A DNA stretch of 64,000 nucleotides. Source: Planctomycetota bacterium. GTDB taxonomy: Bacteria > Planctomycetota > B15-G4 > JADJEK01. The translations under genes were made by a program, and so were the position numbers. Positions 1 through 12,400 of this stretch are shown piece by piece. Location: NCBI GenBank assembly GCA_016709145.1, contig JADJEK010000007.1:129328-193327 (forward strand), written 5' to 3'. The notes beneath the pieces are model-generated. The model was not told the origin of the DNA, made no database searches, and saw only the letters and a list, made by a program, of their open reading frames with translations. The stretch's first letter is position 1; each line of letters opens with the position of its first letter.

Positions 1-1108
1 CGCCGCCGCGGCCGCCGATCGGCTCGAGCAACGCCTTGAGTACCGCGGCTGCCGAAAGCGCATGATCTCCCCCGCACGCGATCGCGCATTGCGGCTTGTC
101 CCCACCACTGCACAGCACGGCGATCAGGTCCTTGCGCTGCGAACAGCCACGGGCGAGGTCTTGCAGTCCGTCGCGCTCGCTCGCGGGCACCAGCGTCACG
201 AGCAGACGACCCGCCCGCAGCGGTTCCGCGTCCGCGACGAGGCGATCGACGCGCGTCGGGATCAACTCGCGCTCGAGTTCGCGGCGCGCCTTGTCGAGGT
301 CCGCCGCGCGGGCGATGCGTTGCGCAACGGCGGCGAGCACGTCGGCCTCACCGACCGACAACGTCTTGACCAGGTCGCGGACGAGGCGCGACTTCGCGCG
401 GTGGTCGCGCCGCGCACGTCCACCGCAGACGAACGTGACGCGCAAGCGGTCGCCCGGGAGCTTCTCGTGGCGGACCAGCGCGATCGCACCGATTTCCGCG
501 GTACGGTCCACGTGGGTGCCGCCGCAAGCGCAGACGTCGTACTCGTCGATGGTGATCACGCGGAACGCGCCGTCGACGATTGGGATCTTGCGCAAATCGG
601 TTGGTCGCTCGGACGGATCGAGATAGAGCGCCGCGGTGACCTTGCGGTCGTCGCGGATCACGCGCGCCGCTTCGTCCTCGACGGCTTCGAATTGCCGATC
701 GGACAGTGCGGCCTTGTCGAGGTCGATCGTGGCGACGTCCGCGCCGAGATGGAACGACAGCGTGTTGGCACCTGCGACGCGGATGAACGCGCGCGTGAGC
801 AGGTGCTGACCGCTGTGCTGTTCGCGATGGTCCTGACGACGACCTGCGTCGACTCGACCGACGACGCGCGCGCCGACCTCGGGGGTCCGTCCCTCGACGA
901 CGTGCACGATCGCGCCGTCGGACTCCTGCACGTCGACGACGCGGCCGCCGCCGAGCTCCCCGCTGTCGGCCGGCTGGCCGCCGCCCTCGGGATAGAACGC
1001 GGTGCGGTCGAGCACGATCGCGTGGCCGCGTGCGTGCGGCGTGACGGCGATCACGCGCGCGTCGAACTCGAGCTCGTTGGCGTCGTGGAAGTAGAGGCGT
1101 TCGGTCAT
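1..1108 (-). CDS. AlaX-like alanyl-tRNA editing (trans-editing) protein, 5' part only; gene continues beyond window start
   Basis: Minus-strand translation from ATG (complement at ~1106-1108) gives MTERLYFHDANELEFDARVIAV...HxxxH (QHSGQHLL) and CxxxH (CACGGTHV) zinc motifs typical of AlaRS editing/AlaX second-additional-domain. No stop before window edge. The 62..1249(+) and 1105..2988(-) track ORFs are shadows. Confidence 0.7.
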   Translation of the reverse strand, partial: MTERLYFHDANELEFDARVIAVTPHARGHAIVLDRTAFYPEGGGQPADSGELGGGRVVDVQESDGAIVHVVEGRTPEVGARVVGRVDAGRRQDHREQHSGQHLLTRAFIRVAGANTLSFHLGADVATIDLDKAALSDRQFEAVEDEAARVIRDDRKVTAALYLDPSERPTDLRKIPIVDGAFRVITIDEYDVCACGGTHVDRTAEIGAIALVRHEKLPGDRLRVTFVCGGRARRDHRAKSRLVRDLVKTLSVGEADVLAAVAQRIARAADLDKARRELERELIPTRVDRLVADAEPLRAGRLLVTLVPASERDGLQDLARGCSQRKDLIAVLCSGGDKPQCAIACGGDHALSAAAVLKALLEPIGGRGG

Positions 1109-1317
1109 GGGCTCACTCGTCGGGGCTCGGAATGCCGATCCACGGAGTCGGCGTGGGCAGTCTCGCACCGCGTCGACGTGGTCACGCGAGCAGGTTCGGT
1201 CGCGGTCGACCGCGACCGGCACTTGCGATCGATGGGCTGGCTAACATAGGGCCCGGTCGCCCCCGAACCGACGCCTCGCGCGACTTCCGTCCCGCTGTCT
1301 CGCCGCTGGAGAACGCT

Positions 1318-2919
1318 GTGCTGCACGCCGCGCTCGTTTCCGTCGCCCTCGCGTTCGCGCCGCCGTCGACCGCGGCTTCGACGGAATTGCGCAAGTGGTT
1401 CGACGAGTACCGGCGCGGCGGCATCGATCTGCATCAGCCGGTCCCCGCCGCGATCGTGGTGCCCGCGGCATCGGACGCGAGCCCGAACGCGACCGAAGTG
1501 CGGTACTGCTCGAGCGCGGCGGTGGATGCCTTGCGCACCAAGGTCGACGCCGCGCGCCAAGAGGACTCGCTGGCCGCGGCGCGCGTGCTCGTCGACCTCG
1601 CGACCTACCAACCGATCACCGACGTCGAGGAAGAGCGGCGGCGGTTCGTGTCGCGCCAACCGTGGCTCGTGCGGAGACTCGGACTCGAAGCGCTGACGCA
1701 ACTGCGCGGGAGCGAAGCCCGCGAGTGGCTGACCAAGATCGCGCTGCATGACGGCGACGCCCTCGACGGCGTCCGCACGCGCGCGGCGGCTTGCCGCGCC
1801 CTGGGCGCCACGATGGACGACGCGTTGCTCGCGCCGCTCGCCGGCGCGCTGAACGACGGAGCGCCGACGGTGCGCGTCGAAGCCGCCGCCGCACTCGGCA
1901 TGCTCGGCTCGGCCCTGGCGTTGACGGCGCTCGAAGGAGCACTCGCCGATCCCGACGAGCGCGTGCGCCTCGAGAGCGTGCTCGCGATCGATCGCATCAC
2001 CGCGACCGCATCCGACCTCGTCGAGCGCCGTCGCGCCGCGCTCGCTCGCGCCATCGGCGACGCCGCGTGGCCGGTCCGGTTGGCCGCGGCGCGCATGCTC
2101 GGCCACGGGCACGATCGCGGCGCGATCCCGATCCTGATCGACGCGCTGATCGCCGAAGCGCCGGGCGGCGTCGGCCGTCCGGATGCGCGTCGCCGCGTGC
2201 GCACGCGGATCCGCGCATCGCTGATGGAGTTGACCGGCAAGGACTTCCCGTCCGATCGCGCGGCCGACTGGTCGGCGTGGTGGAAGGACTTGGCCGCCAC
2301 CTTCGAGATCGACCCCAGCGCGATCCACACGGCGGTCCCGGAGCAGGGACCTCGCTTCTTCGGCATCCCGCTCGAGACCGACGTCGTGTTGTTCCTCATC
2401 GACGGTTCCGGGTCGATGGAGCGTCCGGCACAGGGCAGCGATCCGCCATCGCGTCTGTTCTTGGCACAGTTCGAACTGAAGCGCTGCTTGAGCGCGCTCG
2501 ATCCGGGCACGCGCTTCAACATCGTCGTGTTCAACGACGAGCTGATGCCGTTCAAGCCGGCCGCCGTCGCCAAGGACGCCACGACGCTGCGCGAAGCGCT
2601 CGACTTCATCGCTCGCATCGAGGCGAAGGGTGGGACCGACTTGCATCGCGCGCTCGACTTCGCACTCGGGATCACCGACGGCGGACGCTCCGCGCGCGCG
2701 CGGGCCGAGCAGATCGACACCATCGTCCTGCTCTCCGACGGGGTGGCGTCGCGCGGCGCGGTGCTGCTGCCCGAGGAGTTGCTCGCGCAGACGATGGCCG
2801 CGAATCGTTCGCTGCAAGTCGCGCTCCACGGGGTCAATGCGTCGACGACTCCGAGCACGCTGCTCGATCGCTTGACTTCGGCTTGCGACGGCATCACCGC
2901 GGGTCTCGGCGCGAAGTAG
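1318..2919 (+). CDS. Secreted HEAT-repeat protein with C-terminal von Willebrand factor A (vWA) domain
   Basis: In-frame GTG at 1318 precedes hydrophobic signal-like segment LHAALVSVALAFAPPSTAAS. Repeated HEAT/PBS-lyase-like units (VRVEAAAALGMLG..., WPVRLAAARMLGHG...). C-terminal MIDAS-like DGSGSM followed by vWA-like region. Start codon choice uncertain. Confidence 0.6.
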   Translation: MLHAALVSVALAFAPPSTAASTELRKWFDEYRRGGIDLHQPVPAAIVVPAASDASPNATEVRYCSSAAVDALRTKVDAARQEDSLAAARVLVDLATYQPITDVEEERRRFVSRQPWLVRRLGLEALTQLRGSEAREWLTKIALHDGDALDGVRTRAAACRALGATMDDALLAPLAGALNDGAPTVRVEAAAALGMLGSALALTALEGALADPDERVRLESVLAIDRITATASDLVERRRAALARAIGDAAWPVRLAAARMLGHGHDRGAIPILIDALIAEAPGGVGRPDARRRVRTRIRASLMELTGKDFPSDRAADWSAWWKDLAATFEIDPSAIHTAVPEQGPRFFGIPLETDVVLFLIDGSGSMERPAQGSDPPSRLFLAQFELKRCLSALDPGTRFNIVVFNDELMPFKPAAVAKDATTLREALDFIARIEAKGGTDLHRALDFALGITDGGRSARARAEQIDTIVLLSDGVASRGAVLLPEELLAQTMAANRSLQVALHGVNASTTPSTLLDRLTSACDGITAGLGAK

Positions 2920-3074
2920 CGGGGCGACAAGTCGCCAGGAGCCGCTGCGGCCGGCCGTCGCGGGCGCGGAATCCTCGTCAGCGCTCACCGACGCCGTGCT
3001 TGATCGGCCCGGGGGCTTCGACTAGCTTCTCCCGTTTCCATCCACGGTCCGAAGTGAACCCTCCGGGAACGGCA

Positions 3075-5210
<2,136 letters not shown>

Positions 5211-5230
5211 GCCGCTGACAGGGTGGCCAT

Positions 5231-5272
5231 GCGACGAAGGCCGAGCGGAACGACTTCCGCTCGGCCTTCGTC
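5231..5272. terminator. Bidirectional intrinsic-terminator-like hairpin between convergent fusA and FG-GAP gene
   Basis: Perfect ~14-17 bp GC-rich inverted repeat cgacgaaggccgagcgg-aacgactt-ccgctcggccttcgtcg, located 20 nt after fusA stop and 60 nt after the convergent gene's stop. Confidence 0.5.
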
Positions 5273-5332
5273 GTTGCAGGTCGCGATGCGGAGGGCGAGT
5301 CGCGGACGACCGCGCCCTCGATCACGCGTCGA

Positions 5333-7957
5333 TCACTGGATCAAGACGCGCAACCCGTTCGAGGACACGAACCCGATCTCGGACGCGGGCTCGGCCTGGA
5401 AGTACTGCAGGTCGACCTCGAGCGGCGGCAGCCCCAGCGGGATCGGCGCTTCGATCGAGAGGAAGCCGTCGACCGCCGTCACGCCGAACACGGGGATCGT
5501 CACCGCCAGCACGAACGGCGGCGCGATGTAGATGCCGCATCCGGTCGACGTCGGCAGCGCGGCCGCTTGCGTGCCGAGCACAAGCAAGCCGACCGTGTTG
5601 CTCTTCGCGTGGCCGATCTTGAATCCGATCGTGGCCCCCGGCGTCGGGCAACCCGCGCCGAGCAAGCTCGGCGCCGCGCTCGTCGACGCGTAGCAGCCGG
5701 CGCCGATCGACTGGAAGCGGCCAGGGCACGCGACGTCGGGACGCGCGAACTCGACGTCACGATCGAAGTTCGAGAAGAACACGTCGGCGTGCTGATCGGC
5801 GTCGAGGTGGACGAGCCGCGGCGTCGCGCCGGACGAGGCGGTGTGGTGGTACGCGGTCGCGTCGCAGACCAGCACGCCGGTCCCGTCGTTGCGGAACACG
5901 GCGAAGTGTTGAGCCGACTCGTTGGTCGAAGAGCCGGTCGAAAGCGCCGCGACCACGTCGAGATCGCCGTCCTGTTCGACGTCGATCGCACGCGTCCAGC
6001 GCGGGAAACCGTGGCTCGTGCCCGGTTGGTAGCCGGCGAACCCGAAGTTGCCCGCTCCATCGCCGGTCCAGACGAACAGCCCGCCCGACACCGCACCGAT
6101 CGCCTGAACGCCCGCGGCGACGACGTCGACGTTGCCGTCCCCGTCGAAGTCGCCCGCGGCGACGCCCGACGTGACGAGCGCAGGGCCCAAGGGCTGCAGC
6201 AACGACGGCGCGGCGAACGTCTTGGCCGCGGTCCCGTGCCGTACGGCCACGACCGTGGTCCCCGAGCTCTGACCGAGCGAGATCAGATCGTCGCGGCCAT
6301 CGGAGTTCACGTCCGCCGCGGCGAGCGGATAGTGCAGCGGGAACCCACCGAGCGTGAGCGAGACGGGAGCCGTGAACCCGAACGCCCCGTCGCCGAACCA
6401 GACCTGCGCTTGGCAACCGCACGGATTCAGCAGATCGGTGCCGTAGGCCATGTCGAGACGGTTGTCGCCGTCGAAGTCCGCGGTCACGAACTTGTAGAGC
6501 GAGCTCGGCTGCGCACCCACGCCGACCGACCCGTTCGGCGCGGCTGCGAACCCGCCTCCGAGCAGCCCTCGCCGGATGCGCAACGAGCCGGCCCCGAGCG
6601 TCACGAGGTCGTCGATGCCATCCGCGTCGAAATCGGCGAGCTCGAGCACGAAGCCCTCGCCGGGCACGGCGACGTCGGGGCTCGCGGGCTGGAAGTGCCC
6701 GAACCCGTCGTTGCTCAGCGAGCGCGCGACGAACGGGATCGAACTGGTCAGCTTCACGACCAGATCTTCGTCGCCGTCCAGGTCGAAGTCGGTGGCCGCG
6801 ATCGCGCCCGGCGAGGCGTTCGGCAGCGCATGCAGCCCGAAGCCGTTCCCGGCGCCGTTCGACATGCGGATCGCGAGCGGCTGCTGCGTGCCGAGCGCGG
6901 CGAAGACGTCGTCGGCGCCATCGCCGTCGAGATCGCCGAGGGCGATCCCGTTCGCGATCGACGGGTACATGCCCAGTTCGCCGAGCGGCGAGAATAGACC
7001 GGTGCCGTTCCCGAACGTCGCGACGGCGTCGCTGAACTTCGGCCCGAACAAGGCGTCGACGAAACCGTCGCCGTTGATGTCGCCGATCTCGACGCGCACG
7101 GAGAACGACGCGGTCGGCAGCGCCGTCGGATCGACGAACGCACCCGAGCCATCGCCGCGCAACACGACGGGTTCGTCGAACTCGCCGACCCTGACGACGT
7201 CGTCGTCCCCGTCCGCATCGACGTCCGCGAGCGCGAGCGCATGCGTGTCGAACGCATTCGTCGCGGACGTCGTCGATGCGGTGAAGACTCCGTTCCCGTC
7301 GTTCGCGTAGAGCTGGAGCATCGGCGCGACGGTGCCGGCGAGGAGCTCCGCGGCGCCATCGCCGTCGAAGTCGCGCGACGCGACCGCCGTGATCGAGCTC
7401 GGGATCGCGTTCGCGAGCACCGGGGCGGAGAGTCCGAAGCCGGGCTGCGCGAAGGCGACATACAGCGCGTGATCGCGGACGACGACCAGATCGGTGCGGA
7501 CGTTCGCGTCGAGCTCGGCGCAATGCAGTTGCGACATCGGCATCGACGGCGATGCGCCGAACGTGAGTGTGCCGATCACGCCGAAGGACGCGCTGCCGAG
7601 GTTGCGGACGATCGTCACTTTGTCGGCGAACGTGTGTCCGACCACGGCGTCGAGGCGGCCGTCCGCGTCGAAATCACCGACCTCGAGGAGGTTCGGTGTG
7701 TCGATCGACGCGGGCGTCGCGACGAGAGTCGAACTCGCGATTTGGAGCGCGCCCGTTCCGTCCCCGACGAGCGCGATGAGCTGACGCCCCAGCGAATCGA
7801 GCACCAGGACGTCGAGGTCGCCGTCGAGATCGAAATCGGCGACTTCGACGGCATTCGCGCCCTGACCGAGGAACAGGCTGCGGCCGGGGAACTCTCCGCC
7901 GGCCGGTGCTGACTGCGCAACACCTACGGAGACCAGCAGCGCGGCGATCGTTCGCAT
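5333..7957 (-). CDS. Secreted FG-GAP/VCBS-repeat beta-propeller protein (paralog P1) with conserved ~70-aa C-terminal domain
   Basis: Start at M25 of track ORF (MRTIAALLVSVGVAQSAPAGG signal-like). Numerous D-x-D-G-D/FG-GAP repeats (ADFDLDGDLDVLV, GDFDADGRLDAVV, GDINGDGFVDAL...). C-terminal ...TGCGIYIAPPFVLAVTIPVFG...LPPLEVDLQYFQAEPASEIGFVSSNGLRVLIQ shared with paralogs at 8077.., 9119.. and 24277... Confidence 0.75.
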   Translation of the reverse strand: MRTIAALLVSVGVAQSAPAGGEFPGRSLFLGQGANAVEVADFDLDGDLDVLVLDSLGRQLIALVGDGTGALQIASSTLVATPASIDTPNLLEVGDFDADGRLDAVVGHTFADKVTIVRNLGSASFGVIGTLTFGASPSMPMSQLHCAELDANVRTDLVVVRDHALYVAFAQPGFGLSAPVLANAIPSSITAVASRDFDGDGAAELLAGTVAPMLQLYANDGNGVFTASTTSATNAFDTHALALADVDADGDDDVVRVGEFDEPVVLRGDGSGAFVDPTALPTASFSVRVEIGDINGDGFVDALFGPKFSDAVATFGNGTGLFSPLGELGMYPSIANGIALGDLDGDGADDVFAALGTQQPLAIRMSNGAGNGFGLHALPNASPGAIAATDFDLDGDEDLVVKLTSSIPFVARSLSNDGFGHFQPASPDVAVPGEGFVLELADFDADGIDDLVTLGAGSLRIRRGLLGGGFAAAPNGSVGVGAQPSSLYKFVTADFDGDNRLDMAYGTDLLNPCGCQAQVWFGDGAFGFTAPVSLTLGGFPLHYPLAAADVNSDGRDDLISLGQSSGTTVVAVRHGTAAKTFAAPSLLQPLGPALVTSGVAAGDFDGDGNVDVVAAGVQAIGAVSGGLFVWTGDGAGNFGFAGYQPGTSHGFPRWTRAIDVEQDGDLDVVAALSTGSSTNESAQHFAVFRNDGTGVLVCDATAYHHTASSGATPRLVHLDADQHADVFFSNFDRDVEFARPDVACPGRFQSIGAGCYASTSAAPSLLGAGCPTPGATIGFKIGHAKSNTVGLLVLGTQAAALPTSTGCGIYIAPPFVLAVTIPVFGVTAVDGFLSIEAPIPLGLPPLEVDLQYFQAEPASEIGFVSSNGLRVLIQ

Positions 7958-8076
7958 GTCGACTCCAGGCTTCGCAGGGTGCCGGGAGGATGCGCGGTGC
8001 AAGGTCGAAACGCAAGGTCGCCCGCGCACGAAGCCCCACGCGGAGTGGGGTCACGGCTCGCTCTCGGCTCGCGTTA

Positions 8077-9159
8077 TCACCGAATGACGGTGCGGAGACC
8101 GTTCGTGGCGGCGAAGCCGATCGGCGTCGCCTCGGGCTGCAGGAACTGCGTGTCGACCTCGAGCGGCGGAATTCCGTTCGGGATCGCGCCCGCGAGTTGG
8201 ACGGCGCCGGCAGTGGAGCCGGTCCCTTGAATCGGCAGCATCACGGCGATCGGGAACGGCGGCGCGACGTAGATCCCACAGCCACCGGGGAACGCGAAGG
8301 ACGCCGCGATGTCGACGAGACCATCGCCGGTGAAGTCACCGACCGCGAGCGTCGCTGCCGGTCGAACTCGTCGGGCCGGCGAGGATCGACGGCGCCGAGA
8401 CGGTGTCGTTCTGTGCGCCGCGGTGGACGCTGGCTCCGTTGGCGCGCGTCAACACGACGTCGGCGAAGAAGTCGCCGTCGACATCGGCGATCGCGAGAGG
8501 CGTGTCCCGATTCGTCGGGCCAGCGAACGAGATCGTGGTCGTGACGTGGAACGCGCCGTCGGTGAACAGGAGCCGCGCGGAACATCCGCATGCGGTTCCG
8601 CCGACGAACCAGATCCCGAGGTCGGCCTTGCCGTCGAAGTCGACGTCGCCCGTCTCCCTGCCGCCGATCAGGCCGGGCCCGAAGGGAATGGACACCGTCG
8701 CGGTGAGCGGCCCGAACGAGCCGTCGGCGAGCCCAGGCCGAATCCGAAGCTGCGGGCCGTCCGCGGTGATCGCATCGGGTCGTCCGTCGGAGTCGAGGTC
8801 CGCGAGACCAGCCAGTTCGTGAACGGCTCGATCGCGGTGGAGGCTCCGGCGAGGAGTGCGCCGCTGCCGTCGTTCAAGAACGTGCGAAGCGTCGGCGTCG
8901 GCAGGCTCTCGGAGACGATCAACGCGACGACGTCGACGTCACCGTCCAGATCCAGGTCCGCCGCAACGACCTCGGTCGCCCCGCCCACTCCGACGAAAGC
9001 GCGACCGGGGTACTCATCGCCTCCCCATGCAGAACCGATCAACAGGATGGAGACGGCCGCGTCGACGGTCGGAGTGGACCACCACACCAGTCGGTGGACA
9101 GTCGGCCCATCACGGGCATCAAGGCGTCGTGCCGCGCAGACCTTTGCTCGCCGAGACAC
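8077..9159 (-). pseudogene. Frameshifted FG-GAP repeat paralog (P2) with the same C-terminal domain
   Basis: Three partially overlapping minus-strand reading frames carry one continuous FG-GAP protein: signal-like/FG-GAP (8668..9159), FG-GAP (8336..8695), then the shared C-terminal domain in the first frame ending at the stop ~8077 (...GGCGIYVAPPFPIAVMLPIQG...IPPLEVDTQFLQPEATPIGFAATNGLRTVIR*). Nucleotide homology of 8060-8300 to 5333-5560 is obvious by eye. At least two frame changes are needed. Confidence 0.45.
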
Positions 9160-9388
9160 CCTGCGGCCCCGCGGGATCGAGGATCCAGTACTGGACCCAG
9201 AACTGCGCGCCCGACGGGACGCCGACCGGCATCGTGGTTCCGATCACGAGCACTCCGCTCGCGTCGAGCGGCAGGCCGGCCACGACGGTGTTCGGCGCCG
9301 GGACGAGCGTGCCACCCATGAACGGCGCATTCAGCTGCGAGAACCCGACGATGATCGCCGCGCTACTGCCGGGCTTCGCGTTGCGCAC
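9119..9388 (-). other. Orphan 89-aa ORF consisting only of the paralog-family C-terminal domain (possible gene remnant or stand-alone module)
   Basis: MRNAKPGSS...GGTLVPAPNTVVAGLPLDASGVLVIGTTMPVGVPSGAQFWVQYWILDPAGPQGVSASKGLRGTTP* matches the C-terminal domain pattern (G...IP..LP...L..Q......P.G...S.G). Lies between the kinase stop (9425) and the P2 pseudogene start. Confidence 0.3.
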
Positions 9389-9424
9389 CGCCAGCGACAG
9401 CGATGTCGGCGCCGCAGCCCGACA

Positions 9425-12400
9425 TCACTTGCTTCCGCTGGAGGTCGGTGTCGTGACCGCCGCTCGCGCCGCTTCCAACTCGATGCGCCATGCCGCGGCT
9501 TCGCTCGCGTTGCCGAGCGCTTCGTACAACTGCACGAGCCTCTCGAGCGCGTCGGGAATGGGCGTCGCGCCATGCGGCGGGATGCTTGCCTCGCGCTCCT
9601 TCAAGCCGCGGTAGCCGTCGTGCAGCAGCGGTTCCGCCTCGGCGAACCTCTTCTGCCCGAGCAGCGCCGCGCCGAGCAGCGATCGGGTGTTCCACGTCGT
9701 CCACGCCTCGGGCTGGGTCTTCTCGCGGATCGTCAGGCATTCGCGCAGCAGAACTTCGGCTTCGCCCCACTCCCTCACAATGAGCAGCGCCTGGCTGAAC
9801 GCCGCGAGCTGTCCCGCCAATTCGGGGCTGTCGTGGGGAAGTCCAGCTCGCGCGTCCGCGAGCATCTCCCGCACCAGCGCCGGGAGCTTGGCCACGCTTT
9901 CTGGATCCGCCTCGGCGGCCGCCTTCATGCTGGCGTCGAGGAGCGCCACGCCGATCCACGCCAGGGATGCGTCGAGCTTCCAGGCTCGATACGCCTCTTC
10001 GAGCAGCGGAATGGCCTCCGTGAACCGTCCGGCATCTCGGTAGTTCACCCCCAAATTGGCGATGGTCGTCAGCGTGTTGGGGTGATGTCTCCCGAGTTCC
10101 GCCTCCGACAGTCCAAGCAATTCCTCGAACATCGGGATCGATTGCTCGAGCTTGCCTTGCCGCCAGCAGAACTCTGCGAGGATGCCCAGCCGAGAGTGGA
10201 TGCCAGCTCGACCAGCGGGATCGGCCGCGCGACTGATCTCCAGCGCTTCGCGGTAGAGCTGTTCGGCCTCGGCGTACTTGCCCTGGGCGTCCAGGACTTC
10301 CCCGAGGACGTCCATCGCGGCGGCGATCCGCGGATCCCCGGCGGGGTGTGCCGCGCGGCGCAATTCCAACGTCTCGCGGCGAAGCGTTTCGGCCTCGGCC
10401 AGCTTGTTCTGGGCCTGCAGGAGCCACGCGAGGTTCCCGACGCCCAGGTCGATCTCCGGGTGTCCGGCGGGGAACGCCGCGCGCCGGATCGAGAGCGCTT
10501 CGCGCATCAGCGGCTCGGCCTCGCCAGGCTGATTCCGGGCCATGAGGAGTGTCGCGAGATTGTCCAGGCCCCTCGCGACGTGCGGGTGTCCGGCCGGCAG
10601 GGCCACTCGCGCGATCGCGAGCGCTTCGCGGAACAGCTCCTCGGCCTCGGTCAGCTTGTTCTGGGCCTGAAGCACCATTGCGAGATTGTTCAGGCCGGGT
10701 GCGATGTTCCGGTGGCCGGCGGGCAGCGCCGCGCGGTTGATCGCCAGCAACTCGCGGAACAGCGTCTCGGCCTCGGCGAGCCTTTGCTCACTTTGCAGCA
10801 GCACGCCGAGGCTGTTCAGGCTCGCACCGATGTCCGCGTGCCCGGCGGGCAGCGCCGCGCGGCGGATCGCCAGCGCTTCGCGGTGGAGCTGCTCGGCCTC
10901 GACCGGCTCGTTCCGAGCGAACAGCAGCAACCCGAGGTAGTTCAGGCTGAATGCGATCTGCAAGTCTCCAGCCGCCAGGACGTCGCGGCGGATCGCCAGC
11001 GACTTCCGCAAGTTCGGCTCGGCCTCGTCGTAGCGCCCCAACGCGAAGAGCGTCTTGCCGATCGCGTAGCGCACGCCAGCTTCCACCAGCGGCTGGTCCT
11101 TCAGCGAGCCCTCGTCGAGCAGCTTGATCGCGGCCGCCATCGCCTGCAGCACCGTCACCGTGTCCTTCAGCGGCTCCTTCGTCACCGGGTCCCTCGGCAA
11201 CTGGTCGGGATCGACCGCCGCGAGCATCTCGGTCTGGAACTTCGCGACCGCTTCGGCGATCGCGGCCTGCTTCTTCGCCTCGGCCTCCTGCTTCCGGGCT
11301 TCCTCCGCCTGCTTCGTCGCCTCGGCTTCCTGCGCTTGCGCGATGCCCTGCTGCTTCTGTGCCTCGGCGCGCGCAGCATCGGCGATCTTGCGCTGCTCCG
11401 CTTCGGAGTCCTTCGCGAGCACCGCCGCATCACGCTGCTCGCTCGCTTCCTTGGCCTGCCACGCGAACGCGACGACACCGAGCAGCAGCGCCACCACCAC
11501 CGCGCCGCCCGCGAGCACTTGCACGCGATTGCGCTTCACGAACTTGCGTAGCCGATAAGCCGCACTCGGCGCGCCCGCCGTTACCGGCTCGTCGTTGATG
11601 TGGCGCCGGATGTCGGCCGCGAGGCCGTTCGCCGTTTCGTAGCGGCGCGTGCGGTCCTTCTCGAGGCACTTCATCACGATCCAGTCGAGGTCGCCGCGCA
11701 GCAGCGCGTTGAGCTTCTTCAAGTCGACTTTGCGCTGCAGCGCCGTGCGCGTGCCGGTGTCGCCCAGCGACGAGATGCGCGTGCTCGGCTTGTGCGGCTC
11801 GACCTCGCGGATCGTACGCAGCATCTCGTTGAAGCCGCTCTCCAGCAACGCCTTCATGTCGAACGGCGTCGTGCCGGTGAGCAGCTCGTAGAGCAACACG
11901 CCGAGCGAGTAGATGTCGCTGCGCGTGTCGATGTCGAGGCCCGACAGCTCCGCTTGCTCGGGCGACATGTAGGCCGGTGTGCCGATCATCTGCCGATGCT
12001 CGGTGAACAGCGTCTTCGCCGTCAGCTCGCTGTTCGTCGCCTTGGCGATGCCGAAGTCGATCACCTTCGGCACCGGCACGCCGTCGTGCAGCGTGACCAG
12101 CACGTTCGACGGCTTGATGTCGCGGTGGATGATGCCCTTCTGGTGCGCGTGCTGGATCGCGTGGCAGACCGCACTGAACAGTTCGAGACGCGCCTCGGTG
12201 TCGAGCTTCTCCTGGTCGCAGTACTCGAGGATCGGAATGCCCTTGATGTACTCCATCACGAAGTACGGCCGCCCCGCCTCGGTCGCGCCGGCGTCGAACA
12301 CCTTCGCGATGTGCGCGTGGTCCATCATCGCCAGCGCCTGCCGCTCGGCTTCGAAGCGCGCGATCACCTGCTTCGTGTCCATGCCGAGCTTGATGATCTT

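Noticed and set aside
62-1249. 395-aa plus-strand ORF (and overlapping 96..626) at window start
   Set aside because: Arg/Ala/Asp-rich, no motifs. It is the antisense shadow of the minus-strand AlaX-like gene, whose HxxxH/CxxxH motifs are unambiguous.
1105-2988. 627-aa minus-strand ORF and 1605..2930(-) 441-aa ORF
   Set aside because: Antisense to the HEAT-vWA gene. Composition (R/A/S-rich) and lack of any family signature indicate high-GC shadow ORFs.
2999-3040. Putative sigma-70 promoter for fusA (ttgatc-N17-tagctt)
   Set aside because: Match to consensus is weak and promoter consensus for this high-GC lineage is unknown. Not reported as a feature.
1791-3074. N-terminal 428 aa of the 1139-aa track ORF that contains fusA
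   Set aside because: Extremely Arg-rich, out-of-context extension. EF-G homology begins at the internal ATG (3075), which follows a plausible intergenic region.
5567-7523. Long ORFs 5567..6997(+) and 5757..7523(-) overlapping the FG-GAP gene
   Set aside because: Arg/Glu-rich shadow frames. Only the 5333..7957(-) frame shows FG-GAP repeats and a signal peptide.
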